Below are positions 28,628-38,975 of a DNA stretch of 64,000 nucleotides, in pieces. Both the position numbers and the translations under genes were made by a program. Below the pieces are notes generated by a model that searched no databases, was not told the DNA's origin, and was given only the letters and a program-made list of their open reading frames with translations. Each line of letters starts with the position of its first letter. Positions within the stretch are counted from its first letter, which is position 1. The stretch lies in the NCBI GenBank assembly GCA_963769425.1, contig CAVYLP010000006.1:160001-224000 (forward strand), written 5' to 3'. The DNA comes from Candidatus Bathyarchaeota archaeon. Its GTDB lineage: Archaea > Thermoproteota > Bathyarchaeia > TCS64.

Positions 28628-29627
28628 AATATATCCACTCTTCCCACGCTGGAGAGACTGTCACGTTTTTACTCAGGAGCCCCATCGAGGTGAAGGGCTC
28701 AGCTACGTCTTGGTCATATAGGAAACTCCAGATTAGGAGCTCCGGTTTCAGAGGCGCCGTCGCTTCCTCGTAGAGCTTGATGAATCTCGCTTCTTCTTCG
28801 CTACTGCTCTTCCACCCACTCGGTCCGGCTCTGAACCACCCCGCCTCCGTGAAGGCGACGGGTTTGGTGGTATGCTGGGTGATCTCCGAGTAGTAGTCGG
28901 CTGGGATGTCAGATGGGTCGCTGTAGACTATGCAGGGATAGGTCGTGAAGGCGAGGAGGTCGGCGTCTGGGAAGTCGCCGAGGAGCGCCCAGTCGTTCAC
29001 CGTTGGATCGTTGACGCCCCCGTAGAGGCCGCCCCTGAGCCCACGCAGCCGCTCAAGCTGGAAGACGGTGAAGACTCTCGTATCGGGGGACGTCTGCTTG
29101 ACTACCTTGGCGATCTCGGCGAAGAACGTCTTGAATGTGGCGTAGTCGGCGGGGCTGGTCTCGTGTAGGGCGTTGACCTCGATGCCGAAGCCGATGTACT
29201 CGGGCTTGTACGCCTTGACGAAGCTGACTGCCCCCGCCTTGTAGGCCTGTTTTACCGAGTCGTTCAGTGGCCTGAGTAGTTTGCCCGTGGACTGGGTGAA
29301 GAACTGGGCGATGATGACGGGTTTGAGGCCGTTGGCGGAGGCTAGTTGCGCGACGACGTTGGGTGTCCCCTTCGGGTCGGATAGCTCAGCCCAGTCTCCG
29401 GACCACGTGACGACGTCCCCAGCCTGCTTCGCCGTGGTGAAGAAGTCGGTGAAGTTGCTGCCAACGTAGCTCCGGGGGGAGAGGCTCACGCCCCTGAGTG
29501 TCTTCGGTGGGGGCGTTGTCGTCGCGTTCGTGGTTTGCGGGGGCGCGGCGGGTCGATTCAGAAGTATTATGGCTGCGGCTCCGATGACGAGGACGGTGAG
29601 GGCTGCGGCGAGGATGCTCCTCTTCAT
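28617..29627 (-). CDS. membrane-anchored clan GH-A glycoside hydrolase-like protein
   Basis: Signal anchor, P/T linker, GIEVN and AFTEAGW putative catalytic glutamates. Confidence 0.65.
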   Translation of the reverse strand: MKRSILAAALTVLVIGAAAIILLNRPAAPPQTTNATTTPPPKTLRGVSLSPRSYVGSNFTDFFTTAKQAGDVVTWSGDWAELSDPKGTPNVVAQLASANGLKPVIIAQFFTQSTGKLLRPLNDSVKQAYKAGAVSFVKAYKPEYIGFGIEVNALHETSPADYATFKTFFAEIAKVVKQTSPDTRVFTVFQLERLRGLRGGLYGGVNDPTVNDWALLGDFPDADLLAFTTYPCIVYSDPSDIPADYYSEITQHTTKPVAFTEAGWFRAGPSGWKSSSEEEARFIKLYEEATAPLKPELLIWSFLYDQDVAEPFTSMGLLSKNVTVSPAWEEWIYSTP

Positions 29628-29707
29628 CCAGAAAGCTTCACGGTCCGGCAGTTTATGGTTTCGCATAGGGGGACACGGTTAAAAGGGGTCCCGCGCCCTC
29701 ATCCGCC

Positions 29708-30892
29708 ATGGGCTTCTGGTTCCCCGTCGAGGAGGTGGAGGAGGGCGCGGCGAAGCTGCTCGTCCCCACCATCAAGAGGAGGGAGGGGGAGCCGCTCGAC
29801 CACGCCAGAAGCAGGGCCGCCGTCTTCTACAACCCGCTGATGAGGCTCAACCGGGACACGGCGGTCCTCGCCGTCTCCGTTCTGGGGGATAGGCTTGGGA
29901 GGCCTTTGGATGTCTGTGAGCCCATGTGTGGAGTCGGTGTCCGGGGGATACGCCTCGCACTCGAGGCGGGGGCGGGGAGGGTCACCATGGGGGACCTCAA
30001 CCCGAGTGGGGTCCAGATATCCGAGGAGAACACCCGCCGCAACGGGGTCTCGGACAGGGTGACCGTCCGGTTTATGGACGCGAACCTCATGCTCAACCTC
30101 CACAGCAGCCCGATGAATAGGCTCGACTACGTTGACATAGACCCCTTCGGCTCTCCCTCGGAGTTTCTCGACTCGACCGTGCGGGCGACGAGGGATGGTG
30201 GGATAATAGCTCTCACCGCGACGGATATGGCCCCCCTCTGCGGTGTGAGCCCAACGGCTTGCCTTCGAAAATACGGGGGGAAGCCGCTGAGGACGGTCTA
30301 CACACATGAGGTTGCTCTCCGCCTCCTAGTCGGGGCCGCCGTCAAGGCTGCCGCGATCCATGAGATGGGCGTCAGACCCCTTTTCGGCTACTACGCAGAC
30401 CACTACGTCCGCGTCTACCTCAGTCTCGAACACAGTGCGAAGCCCGCGGACGCTGCCCTCGCCGAGATGGGCTACATTGTCCACTGCCCCCGTTGCTTCC
30501 ACAGGGAGGCGGTGAAGGGCCCCTACCTCAAGGCGTCTAGGAACTGCCCCGTCTGCGGGGGCCAGATGCTCGTTGGTGGCCCCATGTGGCTCGGGGACTT
30601 CGCCGACGAGTCATTCACGGGGGAGATGCTTGGGAGGGCGGTGAGGATCGGTGGCTGGGAGCCCCGACTCATCCACCTCGTCGAGACGATCCGAGGCGAG
30701 ATAGGGTTCCCCCCGACCTACTTCCACCTCGATGAGTTCAGCAAGCGCGCCGGGGTGTCCAGTCTTAACCTTGAGGATATCATAGGGAAGCTCGTTGCCG
30801 CCGGCTTCAGGGTGGTGCGCACCCACTTCGACCCCAGGGGCATCAGGACCACCGCAAGCGCCCAGGATTTGGCAAACGTTATTAAAGGATAA
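29708..30892 (+). CDS. trm1: tRNA (guanine-26-N2)-dimethyltransferase
   Basis: VFYNP.M..NRD, G.RGIR, DIDPFGSP, TATD, Zn finger, GPMWLG, RTHF. Confidence 0.95.
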   Translation: MGFWFPVEEVEEGAAKLLVPTIKRREGEPLDHARSRAAVFYNPLMRLNRDTAVLAVSVLGDRLGRPLDVCEPMCGVGVRGIRLALEAGAGRVTMGDLNPSGVQISEENTRRNGVSDRVTVRFMDANLMLNLHSSPMNRLDYVDIDPFGSPSEFLDSTVRATRDGGIIALTATDMAPLCGVSPTACLRKYGGKPLRTVYTHEVALRLLVGAAVKAAAIHEMGVRPLFGYYADHYVRVYLSLEHSAKPADAALAEMGYIVHCPRCFHREAVKGPYLKASRNCPVCGGQMLVGGPMWLGDFADESFTGEMLGRAVRIGGWEPRLIHLVETIRGEIGFPPTYFHLDEFSKRAGVSSLNLEDIIGKLVAAGFRVVRTHFDPRGIRTTASAQDLANVIKG

Positions 30893-30916
30893 CCCCGCGA
30901 AGGGATCGGAAAACCC

Positions 30917-31663
30917 ATGCCCAGCAGATGGCTCCACGAGCGCAAGACCGAACACTACTACAACAAGGCCAAGGTAGAGGGCTATAGGAGCAGGGCGAGC
31001 TACAAGCTCAAGCAGCTCAACGATGAGTACAAGTTCTTCGAGGGGGCGAAGCGTGTCCTCGACCTCGGCGCCGCCCCAGGGGGCTGGCTGCAGGTCGCGG
31101 GCGAATCCATCGAGGGCGGCCTGGTCCTCGGCGTCGACCTGAAGGAGATAGACGACCTCTACATGGAGAACGTCGAGACGATCGTCGGCGACGTTAGGGA
31201 CCCGGCGGTGCAGGAGGGCATCCTAGCCAGGTTCCAGGGCGAGAAGGCGGACGTCGTCATGAGTGACATGGCGCAGAATGTCATGGGTGTCTGGGAGGTC
31301 GACGACCTACGCCAGATACACCTTGCACGCATGGCGCTTAGCATCGCTGATAGGCTCCTCAAGGACGACGGCTGGATGATAGTCAAGGTCTTCCAGGGGA
31401 AGGAGCACGAGGCATTCATCAGGGAGATGAGGGCGATGTTTGAGCAGGTCTTCATCGTTAAGCCGCTGGCCTCCCGGAAGGGGAGCGCCGAGGTCTACGT
31501 CGTCGCCAAGAATCTTCGCAAGGATAGGGTCCTCCCCGAGAGCCTCAATGCGGAGGGGAAACCTCAGCCGATCGTCGAAGAGGAGCAGGAGGAGGGACCT
31601 CTCCCCGGTGAGAACCTCCCCGACTACGGGGAACCCGAAGAATACGGGAAGAAGAAGCCCTAG
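30917..31663 (+). CDS. rlmE: 23S rRNA Um2552 methyltransferase (RlmE/FtsJ)
   Basis: YRSRASYKL, DLGAAPGGW, SDMA, KVF.G, SRK.S.E.Y. Confidence 0.95.
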   Translation: MPSRWLHERKTEHYYNKAKVEGYRSRASYKLKQLNDEYKFFEGAKRVLDLGAAPGGWLQVAGESIEGGLVLGVDLKEIDDLYMENVETIVGDVRDPAVQEGILARFQGEKADVVMSDMAQNVMGVWEVDDLRQIHLARMALSIADRLLKDDGWMIVKVFQGKEHEAFIREMRAMFEQVFIVKPLASRKGSAEVYVVAKNLRKDRVLPESLNAEGKPQPIVEEEQEEGPLPGENLPDYGEPEEYGKKKP

Positions 31664-32325
31664 CTGAGCAGCTCGGCTAGGACATGGGCTACCATCGTGT
31701 TCGCCTGAACAACCGGCTTCCCCGTCTTCGCCGCGACCTTCTTACGGATATCTGTCGGGAACCCGAAGCAGTTCAGGAGGATGAGGTCTAGGTTCTGGGC
31801 GGCTAAGCGGTTGCAGAGCCCCTCGACGTCCTTGGGTTCGTAGGGGCTTACGGTGTCGCTGTAGACCTTTACTCCGGGGCGGCTCCAGTCCTTCTCACCC
31901 ATTGGTATCTGCTCCGCCGTCGGGTAGACGACGCCGAGCTTACCCTCCTTGAGGCAGCCCTCGAGGACGCCCTTCAGTATCTCCATCGGGGTGACGACGA
32001 GTCCCTTCGACTTGAACTGGGGGAACTTGCCCGTGCACATGACGACTGTGAGCCTGATTCCCTGAGACTCCAGTAGGTCGAGCTTCTCCTGCATCAGGGG
32101 GAGGATGTACTTCTTTGTGATCTTGATCTCGGTGCCATCCCTCATCCTGCTGACGAGGATGTAGTCCTCGACCCTGAGTGGGATCTTCTTCACGTCCTCC
32201 ATCGTCATCCTGTCGAGGGCGCCGGCCTCGACTATCTCGACGTTCTTCCCGAGGATCTCCTTTAGCCCGGGGAGGATGTCGTCGCGGGGCGACTGCCCGA
32301 TCGTGAGCATCCCGATCTTCTTCAT
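31660..32325 (-). CDS. AroM family protein
   Basis: TIGQSPR.D, GALD, LVSRMRDG, CTG.F, SPY, LNCFG. Confidence 0.85.
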   Translation of the reverse strand: MKKIGMLTIGQSPRDDILPGLKEILGKNVEIVEAGALDRMTMEDVKKIPLRVEDYILVSRMRDGTEIKITKKYILPLMQEKLDLLESQGIRLTVVMCTGKFPQFKSKGLVVTPMEILKGVLEGCLKEGKLGVVYPTAEQIPMGEKDWSRPGVKVYSDTVSPYEPKDVEGLCNRLAAQNLDLILLNCFGFPTDIRKKVAAKTGKPVVQANTMVAHVLAELLS

Positions 32326-32365
32326 GTCGAGATGAGAGACGCGTCTCCCCCGTTAAAATCTTCGG

Positions 32366-35234
32366 CTAGACGAAGCGCTTCTTTAGTGCGTCGCGCTCGG
32401 CTTCCACGATCTTGTTGAAGAACTCGTCCGACTCGCCCTCCGTCTGGGCGAGGATGTCCCAGGCGGCGGTGAGGTCGACGCGCTTCGCAGACCCAATGAT
32501 TGCGGCCCTGCGCCCGTACATGGAGACGAGTTTGCTGACATCCTTCCCCCTCTCCCACCACTTAGGCTTCTCCTTCGAGGTACGGCTCCTCTCCTGTCCT
32601 AGTAGCTCCTGTACCTCTTCCATTGAGCGGTCGTAGACGGCGATCTCGGTTGAGCCGCAGTTGGGGCAGACGAGCTTCTCGGGGAGTTCACGTACCTGCT
32701 CTGCCTCGGCCCAGTCGTGCTTCCCGTTACAGGCAAGTATCCGGGTCTCACCGTAGAGTCGGGCCTTCGCGGACTCGAGTATGATCCGGTCCATCTTCTC
32801 GGGGGGGACGATGTCGGTCTTCATGCTGATGCCCTCGACCGCCATCTTGCCCAGCGGGGTAAGTTGCCCCTCCGTGTCGAGGACTACGATCTCGATCTCC
32901 CCCTCCGCCATCTTCTTCAGGAGGTTGATGGTGCCCTCGACGTCTAGGTCGAGCCTGTAGGTGTCCTTTAGCGCCTCCTCGTAGACGGCGGAGTTCTCGA
33001 AGCTCTTCAAGAGGCGGCCGAGTGTGATGTTGCTGAAGTCGGCGAACTTGCTCAGGGCGCCTGCCTTGCGGGCGACGTTGATGAGGCGTCTCTTGAATAG
33101 CCCCGTCTTGGTGACGGCGTCCTCTATGATCTTCTCTACGTCCTTGTTTGCGAGGGTCTTGAGCATCCGGGCGACGTACTTGGAGTCTATCTCGCCCACG
33201 GTCTGGGTCGCCATCATGTAGGTCTCCTGCTGGACGCCTACGGGGTAGCCCGTCTCCTCGCTGATGATGTGGCCGATGACTCTGGCGAGCGTCCTGTTGA
33301 CGAGTGTGCCGAAGTTGGCGTGTATGAGGACGTTGTCTTCCCACTCCTCGAGCAGGACGCGCTTGTCCGTGGGGGCGGGGTGGCCTGCTTTGTGGTGGTC
33401 GACTTGCTCCCTTATGGCACGCTCCATCGTCGACTGTGAGGCGGGGTAGACCTCCGCCAGCTTCGCGGCTATCGTCCTCGTCGAGTCGCCCGTTGGTGAG
33501 CCCGTCCTCGATCTGCGCCTTGATCCTCCCAACCTCAAGTGCGACCTCAAGCGGTACGGGGATCTCTTCTCCGATCCAGCTCGGGATTGCCCCCGTCGGG
33601 TCGTCCTCCGCCTTGACGTAGATCTTGTCGTTGTGGACGTTCAGGATCTTCCAAGCCCGGCCGCGGAGGGTGAACTTGACACCCGGCTTCGCGTACTCCG
33701 CCACGAAGGCCTCCTGAAGCACGCCGACGGGGGACTCGTCCTTCGCCTCGAGGACGAGGTAGTCCTTCTCGTCGGGTATCATGCTCAGGTTGTTGAAGAA
33801 GTAGGTGTAGATGGTCTTCCGGCTGCCCCTTGGGCGGATGATGACCTCGTCCTCCGCCGAGACCCACGCGAGGCGCGGGAACCTGTTGTGCATGTAGCTG
33901 GCGACGAACTTCACGTCCTCGGTGGTGAGGTCGCGGAACGGGTAGGCGTTCTTGAAGAGGTTGGCGACCTGGAGGAAGTAGAGGCGTCCTCGGGCCATCA
34001 GCTCCGCCGTAATCTGGTTGACCATAACGTCGTAGGGTTTCTCGGGGACCCTGAGAGGCTCCATGACCTCGCCGAGGGCGCGGCGGCAGATCACCATCGA
34101 CTCGAATGCGTCGTCGCTGTTCAGGCTGATGATCACGCCCTTGCTGACCCTTCCGAGGCGGTGCCCGCTGCGGCCCACACGCTGGAGGAGCCGGGTGACC
34201 TGCCTCGGGCTGTTATACTGGATGACTAGGTCGATGCTGCCGATGTCGATGCCCAGCTCTAGGCTGCTCGTGCAGATGACGGTGCGGAGGTTCCCCTCTT
34301 TAAGCCCCTGCTCCGCAGCTATCCTGCTCGTCTTCGCGAGAGAACCGTGGTGGATACTTACCGGGAACTCGGTGTCCCATAGATTGAATCTACTAGCCAG
34401 CATCTCGCTCGTGCTGCGCGTGTTCGTGAACACGAGGGTCGTCTGGTGCTCCTCGATTAGGCGGCGTATGGCGCGCAGCCTCGCAGAGACCTCTGGGTGG
34501 GTGAAGAGGGTAGTCGCCGTCTCGAAGTCTTCCGCCTCCGGCTCGGGGAACATTATCTCGAACCGGGTCTCCCTGAGGGCCGAGACCTGAATGATCTCCA
34601 CCGGCCTGTTCGTCCCCGCCAGGAACTGGGCCACCTTATCGGGGCTACCGATCGTGGCGCTTAGCCCAATCATCTGGGGCGGCTCCGGTGTCAACTCCCT
34701 CAGCCTCTCAAGCGCGAGGGAGAGCTGGCTCCCCCTCTTGTTATCCGCCAACTCGTGGATCTCGTCGATGATTATCCAGCGTACGCTCTTCAGGTACTGC
34801 TTGAGCGTCCTACCGAGGAGGATGGCCTGTAGGGTCTCAGGCGTCGTGATGAGCATGTCGGGGGGGCTCGTCCTCTGCCTGTTCCGCTCCTGGTCACCCG
34901 TGTCCCCGTGGCGTATCCCGAGCTTGATGTCGAGCCGGTTGCACCAATAGGTCATCCTATCGAGGATGTCCCTGTTCAGGGCGCGTAGGGGGGTGATGTA
35001 GAGGATGCTTATCCCCGGCCTCCTCTGCCCCGACATGAGGAAGCGATCCATGACTGGAAGCATCGCCGCCTCCGTCTTCCCCGTCGCCGTCGCCGAAATG
35101 AGGAGGACGTTCTTCCCCTCGAGGATGAGTGGTATCATCCTCCTCTGCGGCTCCGTCGGCTCCGTGAACCCACGCTCCTCTAGGAGACGCCGAACCGGCC
35201 TGCAGAGCTGCTGGAAGACATTCCCCTCGGCCAA
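32366..35234 (-). pseudogene. lhr: Lhr-like SF2 helicase split by a frameshift near 33470-33500 (pseudogene or sequencing error)
   Basis: TATGKTE, DEIHE, GLSAT, HHGSL, QRVGRSGH in ORF 32748-35234; C-terminal domain (HANFG..VN.TL, CxxC) continues in ORF 32366-33550. Confidence 0.85.
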
Positions 35235-35354
35235 AGCGTAGAGACCTTCAGTCAGCCTAGATAAAAACCATATCCAAAGGACTTGAGGAGGTAGATGTAA
35301 CTCTTTTTACTACGTTTTTATACTACTGAATCGTATTACTTTTAGGTAGTAAAT

Positions 35355-35585
35355 ATGACGGAGATGGCGACGGTATCAGCAAAGATAGAGAAGAAGAAAA
35401 AGGAGGAGATGGAACAGCTCGGCATCAGCCCCTCCGACGTCATAAAAAAGGCCGTCGACGATGCAATCAGAGAGAAGAAGAGGACGATACTCATCAACGA
35501 CATGAATGAGGCGGGGAAGCTCATCAAGAACATACCCAAGGAGAGATGGGTACAGGCCATACGGGAGTCCCGTGACGAGCGTTGA
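35355..35585 (+). CDS. putative VapB-type antitoxin
   Basis: 76 aa, TVSAKI..., C-terminal IRESRDER; 4-nt overlap with the PIN gene. Confidence 0.8.
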   Translation: MTEMATVSAKIEKKKKEEMEQLGISPSDVIKKAVDDAIREKKRTILINDMNEAGKLIKNIPKERWVQAIRESRDER

Positions 35586-35977
35586 GCCTACTCTTCGACT
35601 CCTCAGCGATCATCAACCTCAGCCACGAGGGAAAGACGGAGCTGTACATCGACCACTTCACCACACCCCTCGCCCAGTACGAGATAGGAAACGCCGTATG
35701 GAAGATGGTGAACCTCACCCACGAAATGACCGAGGACGCCGGTAAACAATACCTTGCAAAGACCCTGGAAACCCTCCAATTCATGACCGAGATAAAAATA
35801 GACGACGCTGAAACGGTGCTAGAGATCGCGTCCAGAGAGCATCTCAGCTACTACGATGCATCCTTCATCCACGCAGCCATCGTATCGGCATCCATCCTCG
35901 TCACAGACGACCTCAAACTAAGAAGAGCAGCGACCAAGTACCTCAAAACCACAGACAGCCAACACGTTCAACAGTAA
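35582..35977 (+). CDS. vapC: VapC PIN-domain toxin
   Basis: FDSSA, YEIGNA.WK, YYDAS, LVTDD.KL. Confidence 0.9.
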   Translation: MSLLFDSSAIINLSHEGKTELYIDHFTTPLAQYEIGNAVWKMVNLTHEMTEDAGKQYLAKTLETLQFMTEIKIDDAETVLEIASREHLSYYDASFIHAAIVSASILVTDDLKLRRAATKYLKTTDSQHVQQ

Positions 35978-36226
35978 TAGTTCTAACCACTCAAGATCAA
36001 AACATTCTCGCACCTCACCGCCTAAGGAGCCAGGAAAAGCCCTAAACTACCAAACAAGCGAGAATAACCGGAAACGTAACGGCGGCGAAGGCACCCCATC
36101 CTCATACACTGCACGCACGACGCCGAGACAAGACCCAACAACGACTAAAAACCAACGAAAATGCAGCATTAACGACGCCCTAAAACATACATAGATTTAA
36201 AGGCAAGTAAGACGACCCATCACTCC

Positions 36227-36260
36227 GTATATTCGGGCTCCGTAAGGTGGCCGACTATAC
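36227..36260 (+). promoter_or_regulatory. 5'-leader hairpin with GUAA (GNRA) loop upstream of the CxxC-x17-CxxC gene
   Basis: GTATATTCGGGCTCC-GTAA-GGTGGCCGACTATAC, 12 of 15 pairs; lies between a TTTAAA box and a GGAGTGA SD. Confidence 0.5.
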
Positions 36261-36279
36261 AAAGAAAGGAGTGAATAGA

Positions 36280-36447
36280 ATGGATTACCGCGAAAGGCGC
36301 AGCTTCGACCGTGGACCACGGGAGATGCACAAGGCGACTTGCTCAGACTGTGGAAAGGAATGTGAAGTTCCCTTCAAGCCAACAGAGGGCAGGCCCGTCT
36401 ACTGCAACGAATGCTTCGCTAAGCACAGGCCACCGAGAAGGTACTAA
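36280..36447 (+). CDS. CxxC-x17-CxxC zinc-ribbon protein
   Basis: PREMHKATCSDCGKECEVPFKP..GRPVYCNECF. Confidence 0.9.
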   Translation: MDYRERRSFDRGPREMHKATCSDCGKECEVPFKPTEGRPVYCNECFAKHRPPRRY

Positions 36448-36465
36448 GCCCGAAAGTGAGCCGCA

Positions 36466-36508
36466 TGCGGGACACGCCCGCGCGAGGATCATTTTTTTAA
36501 ATTTTTTA
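36466..36508 (+). terminator. putative terminator (GC hairpin then T tracts)
   Basis: GCGGG-ACACG-CCCGC followed by T7 and T6 tracts. Confidence 0.5.
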
Positions 36509-36577
36509 TGAATAAAAAAAGGCAAAGCCACAACACCTTTTTAATCACCACCCAACTCACCGAAGGGTTGAGGAACC

Positions 36578-38032
36578 ATGACCGGGAACCAATCCTCAGA
36601 GAAGAAGGAACTCATCAAGAAGGAGAACTTTAGCGAGTGGTATGATAACCTACTACTCGAGGCGAAGATAGCCGACGACCGCTACCCCGTCAAGGGTTTC
36701 ACGGTCTACACTGGCTGGGGCTTCGCTACTGCAAAGCGCATCATCGCGATGCTGGAGGATAAGCTGGACGCCTCGGGGCATGAGCCCATGCAGTTCCCGG
36801 TTGTCATACCTGAGGACAGCTTCCAGAAGGAGGAGGAGCACATCAAGGGCTTCAGCGGCGAGGTCTTCTGGATCACACACGCCGGTGAGAACGAGCTCGA
36901 GAGGAGACTCGTCCTCCGCCCTACGAGTGAGACTGCCATCTACCCGATGTTCAAGCTCTGGACGAGGAGCCACGCCGACTTACCGATACGGATGAACCAG
37001 ACCTGCAACGTCTACCGCTACGAGACCAGGGCCACGCGCCCACTCTACAGGGGGCGTGAGTTCCTCTGGAACGAAGGCCACACTGCTCATGCAACATACG
37101 ATGAGGCTGAAGCCAACGTCAAGATGGCCATCGATATCTACAGCCAGGTCTACGATACCCTCGGCCTTAGCTACATCCGCCTCAAGCGCCCCGACTTTGA
37201 CAAGTTCGCTGGGGCAGACTACAGTGTCGCATTCGACGCCTGGAACCCAGACGGTAAAGCCAACCAGATCGGTACCGTCCACCAGCTTGGCTACAACTTC
37301 GGGAAAGCATTCGAGATCACCTACGAGAACGAGAAAGGTGAGCAGGTAAATGCGACTAACACCTGCTACGGGATGGGCTTCGGCAGAACCCTCGCCGCGG
37401 TCATAAGTCAACATGGTGACGACCACGGCCTCATACTTCCGCCGGTGATTGCCCCGAAGCAGGTAGTTATCATCCCGATACCTGTCAAGGGGAAGGAAGA
37501 TATCGCCAAAGGCTACGCACACGAGGTCCAGAAGGTCCTAATAGACGCTGGAATCAGGGCTGTGACCGACGACGATGACAGACTCCGCCCCGGAGAGAAG
37601 TATTACAAGTGGGAGATGTTCGGCGTCCCACTCAGGATAGAGGTCGGCCCACGCGAAGCGGACTCTAAAACAGTTACCTTCGTCAGAAGGGACACCTTCG
37701 AGAAGAGCAAAGCCGAGCTCAAAGACCTGCCAAACGCAACGAAGATCCTCTTCGGTTTGATCCAGGAAAGCCTCGTGTTGAGGAGCAGGAAGGTGTTCGA
37801 GGAGCGCCTCACCACGGCGTCCACGACGGAGCAGCTCCGCGACTACATGGAGCAGAAGAAGCTCGTCCGAATAAACTGGTGCGGCGACGTAAGCTGCGCT
37901 GAGAGGCTGAAGGAGAAGGTGAGCGGCGAGATCAGGGGAACCCTCTGGGATAGACATGAGGAGCCCACAGGACCGTGCATAGTCTGCGGGGACAAGGCCA
38001 AGAGCGTGGCCTACGTCTCCAGAACCTATTAG
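36578..38032 (+). CDS. proS: prolyl-tRNA synthetase (archaeal/eukaryotic type)
   Basis: FSEWY, LRPTSET, RYE, REFLW.EGHT, GDD.GL.LPP, C-terminal C..CG...SRTY. Confidence 0.97.
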   Translation: MTGNQSSEKKELIKKENFSEWYDNLLLEAKIADDRYPVKGFTVYTGWGFATAKRIIAMLEDKLDASGHEPMQFPVVIPEDSFQKEEEHIKGFSGEVFWITHAGENELERRLVLRPTSETAIYPMFKLWTRSHADLPIRMNQTCNVYRYETRATRPLYRGREFLWNEGHTAHATYDEAEANVKMAIDIYSQVYDTLGLSYIRLKRPDFDKFAGADYSVAFDAWNPDGKANQIGTVHQLGYNFGKAFEITYENEKGEQVNATNTCYGMGFGRTLAAVISQHGDDHGLILPPVIAPKQVVIIPIPVKGKEDIAKGYAHEVQKVLIDAGIRAVTDDDDRLRPGEKYYKWEMFGVPLRIEVGPREADSKTVTFVRRDTFEKSKAELKDLPNATKILFGLIQESLVLRSRKVFEERLTTASTTEQLRDYMEQKKLVRINWCGDVSCAERLKEKVSGEIRGTLWDRHEEPTGPCIVCGDKAKSVAYVSRTY

Positions 38033-38098
38033 TAACGAAGGACTTCAACGCTTCCACTTATAGCAAGACCAATCTGGAACAACCGACAAGAGTGAGAT

Positions 38099-38635
38099 GT
38101 GGAGCCCGTCTACCAACCCTCGGATGACTCATACCTTCTGAGCAAGTACGTTGAGCGTCTTGTGGAGGGGCGTGTCCTCGACATGGGGACAGGCAGCGGT
38201 ATTCAGGCGGTGACCGCCGCCATGAAGCCAGTAGTGAGCCACGTTTTAGCCGCAGACATCAACCCGCTGGCGATAGAGGCAGCGAGGGCAAGAGCGAGGG
38301 ACGCTGGTGTACTCGGTAAGATGGAGTTCGTCGTATCGAATCTCTTCGATAACGTGAAGGGCTTCTTTAACTGGATTGTGTTCAACCCTCCATACCTTCC
38401 GTCAGAGGATGATTTGCTTGATCGCACCTGGGATGGGGGTCAGAGTGGTGCAGAGATAATAGAGCGTTTCCTCAAGGATGCGCGTGGTCACCTGAATCCT
38501 AACGGCTCCATCTTGTTAGTGTTTTCCTCTGAGACCGGAATCACTCCAGAGGGTCACGGTTACAAATGGGAGGTACTCGAAGAGGCCCCCCTCTTCTTCG
38601 AGACTCTATACTGCGTGAGACTCAGCCCATTTTGA
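38099..38635 (+). CDS. HemK2/Mtq2-type protein methyltransferase
   Basis: VYQPSDDSYLL, DMGTGSG, FNPPY, FFETL. Confidence 0.9.
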   Translation: MEPVYQPSDDSYLLSKYVERLVEGRVLDMGTGSGIQAVTAAMKPVVSHVLAADINPLAIEAARARARDAGVLGKMEFVVSNLFDNVKGFFNWIVFNPPYLPSEDDLLDRTWDGGQSGAEIIERFLKDARGHLNPNGSILLVFSSETGITPEGHGYKWEVLEEAPLFFETLYCVRLSPF

Positions 38636-38930
38636 GGCCGATGGCGAAGCCTACCAAGAAGCTGGCTGCGAAGGGGAGGTTACCGATTATAACACTAAAT
38701 ACACCTTCCAGCTGACCTACCTGGCCTATAACGCCATTAGCCCAGTCCTGAAGGGCAGAGTAGTTGATGTTAATTATCCCCTTGTATGCGAGAATCTCTA
38801 CGACGAGGAAGGCAATACCGAGGACAATAGCGATGAGCTTCCCAATCTTCTTCAACGCGTACCCAGTGCAGAGCCCAGCGATTCCACCGACTCCAAGTTG
38901 TGTTAGTAATGGAGTGAGAATTTCCACCAT
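38622..38930 (-). CDS. FUN14 family membrane protein
   Basis: G.CTGYALKKIGK, LAYKG.I.INY, F..GF.IG. Confidence 0.85.
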   Translation of the reverse strand: MVEILTPLLTQLGVGGIAGLCTGYALKKIGKLIAIVLGIAFLVVEILAYKGIININYSALQDWANGVIGQVGQLEGVFSVIIGNLPFAASFLVGFAIGLKMG

Positions 38931-38975
38931 GGCTGGTCGATCATGAATATTGCTTACGAGATTTAAGCTGGAGCC

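Noticed and set aside
32748-33470. Arg/Pro-rich C-terminal extension of the 828-aa helicase ORF
   Set aside because: Out-of-frame read-through after the frameshift; the real Lhr C-terminus is in the other frame
36457-36490. GAGCCGCATGCGGG resembles group II intron domain V
   Set aside because: The 3' arm does not pair with the AGC-containing stem and no other intron domains or RT are present; a terminator is more likely
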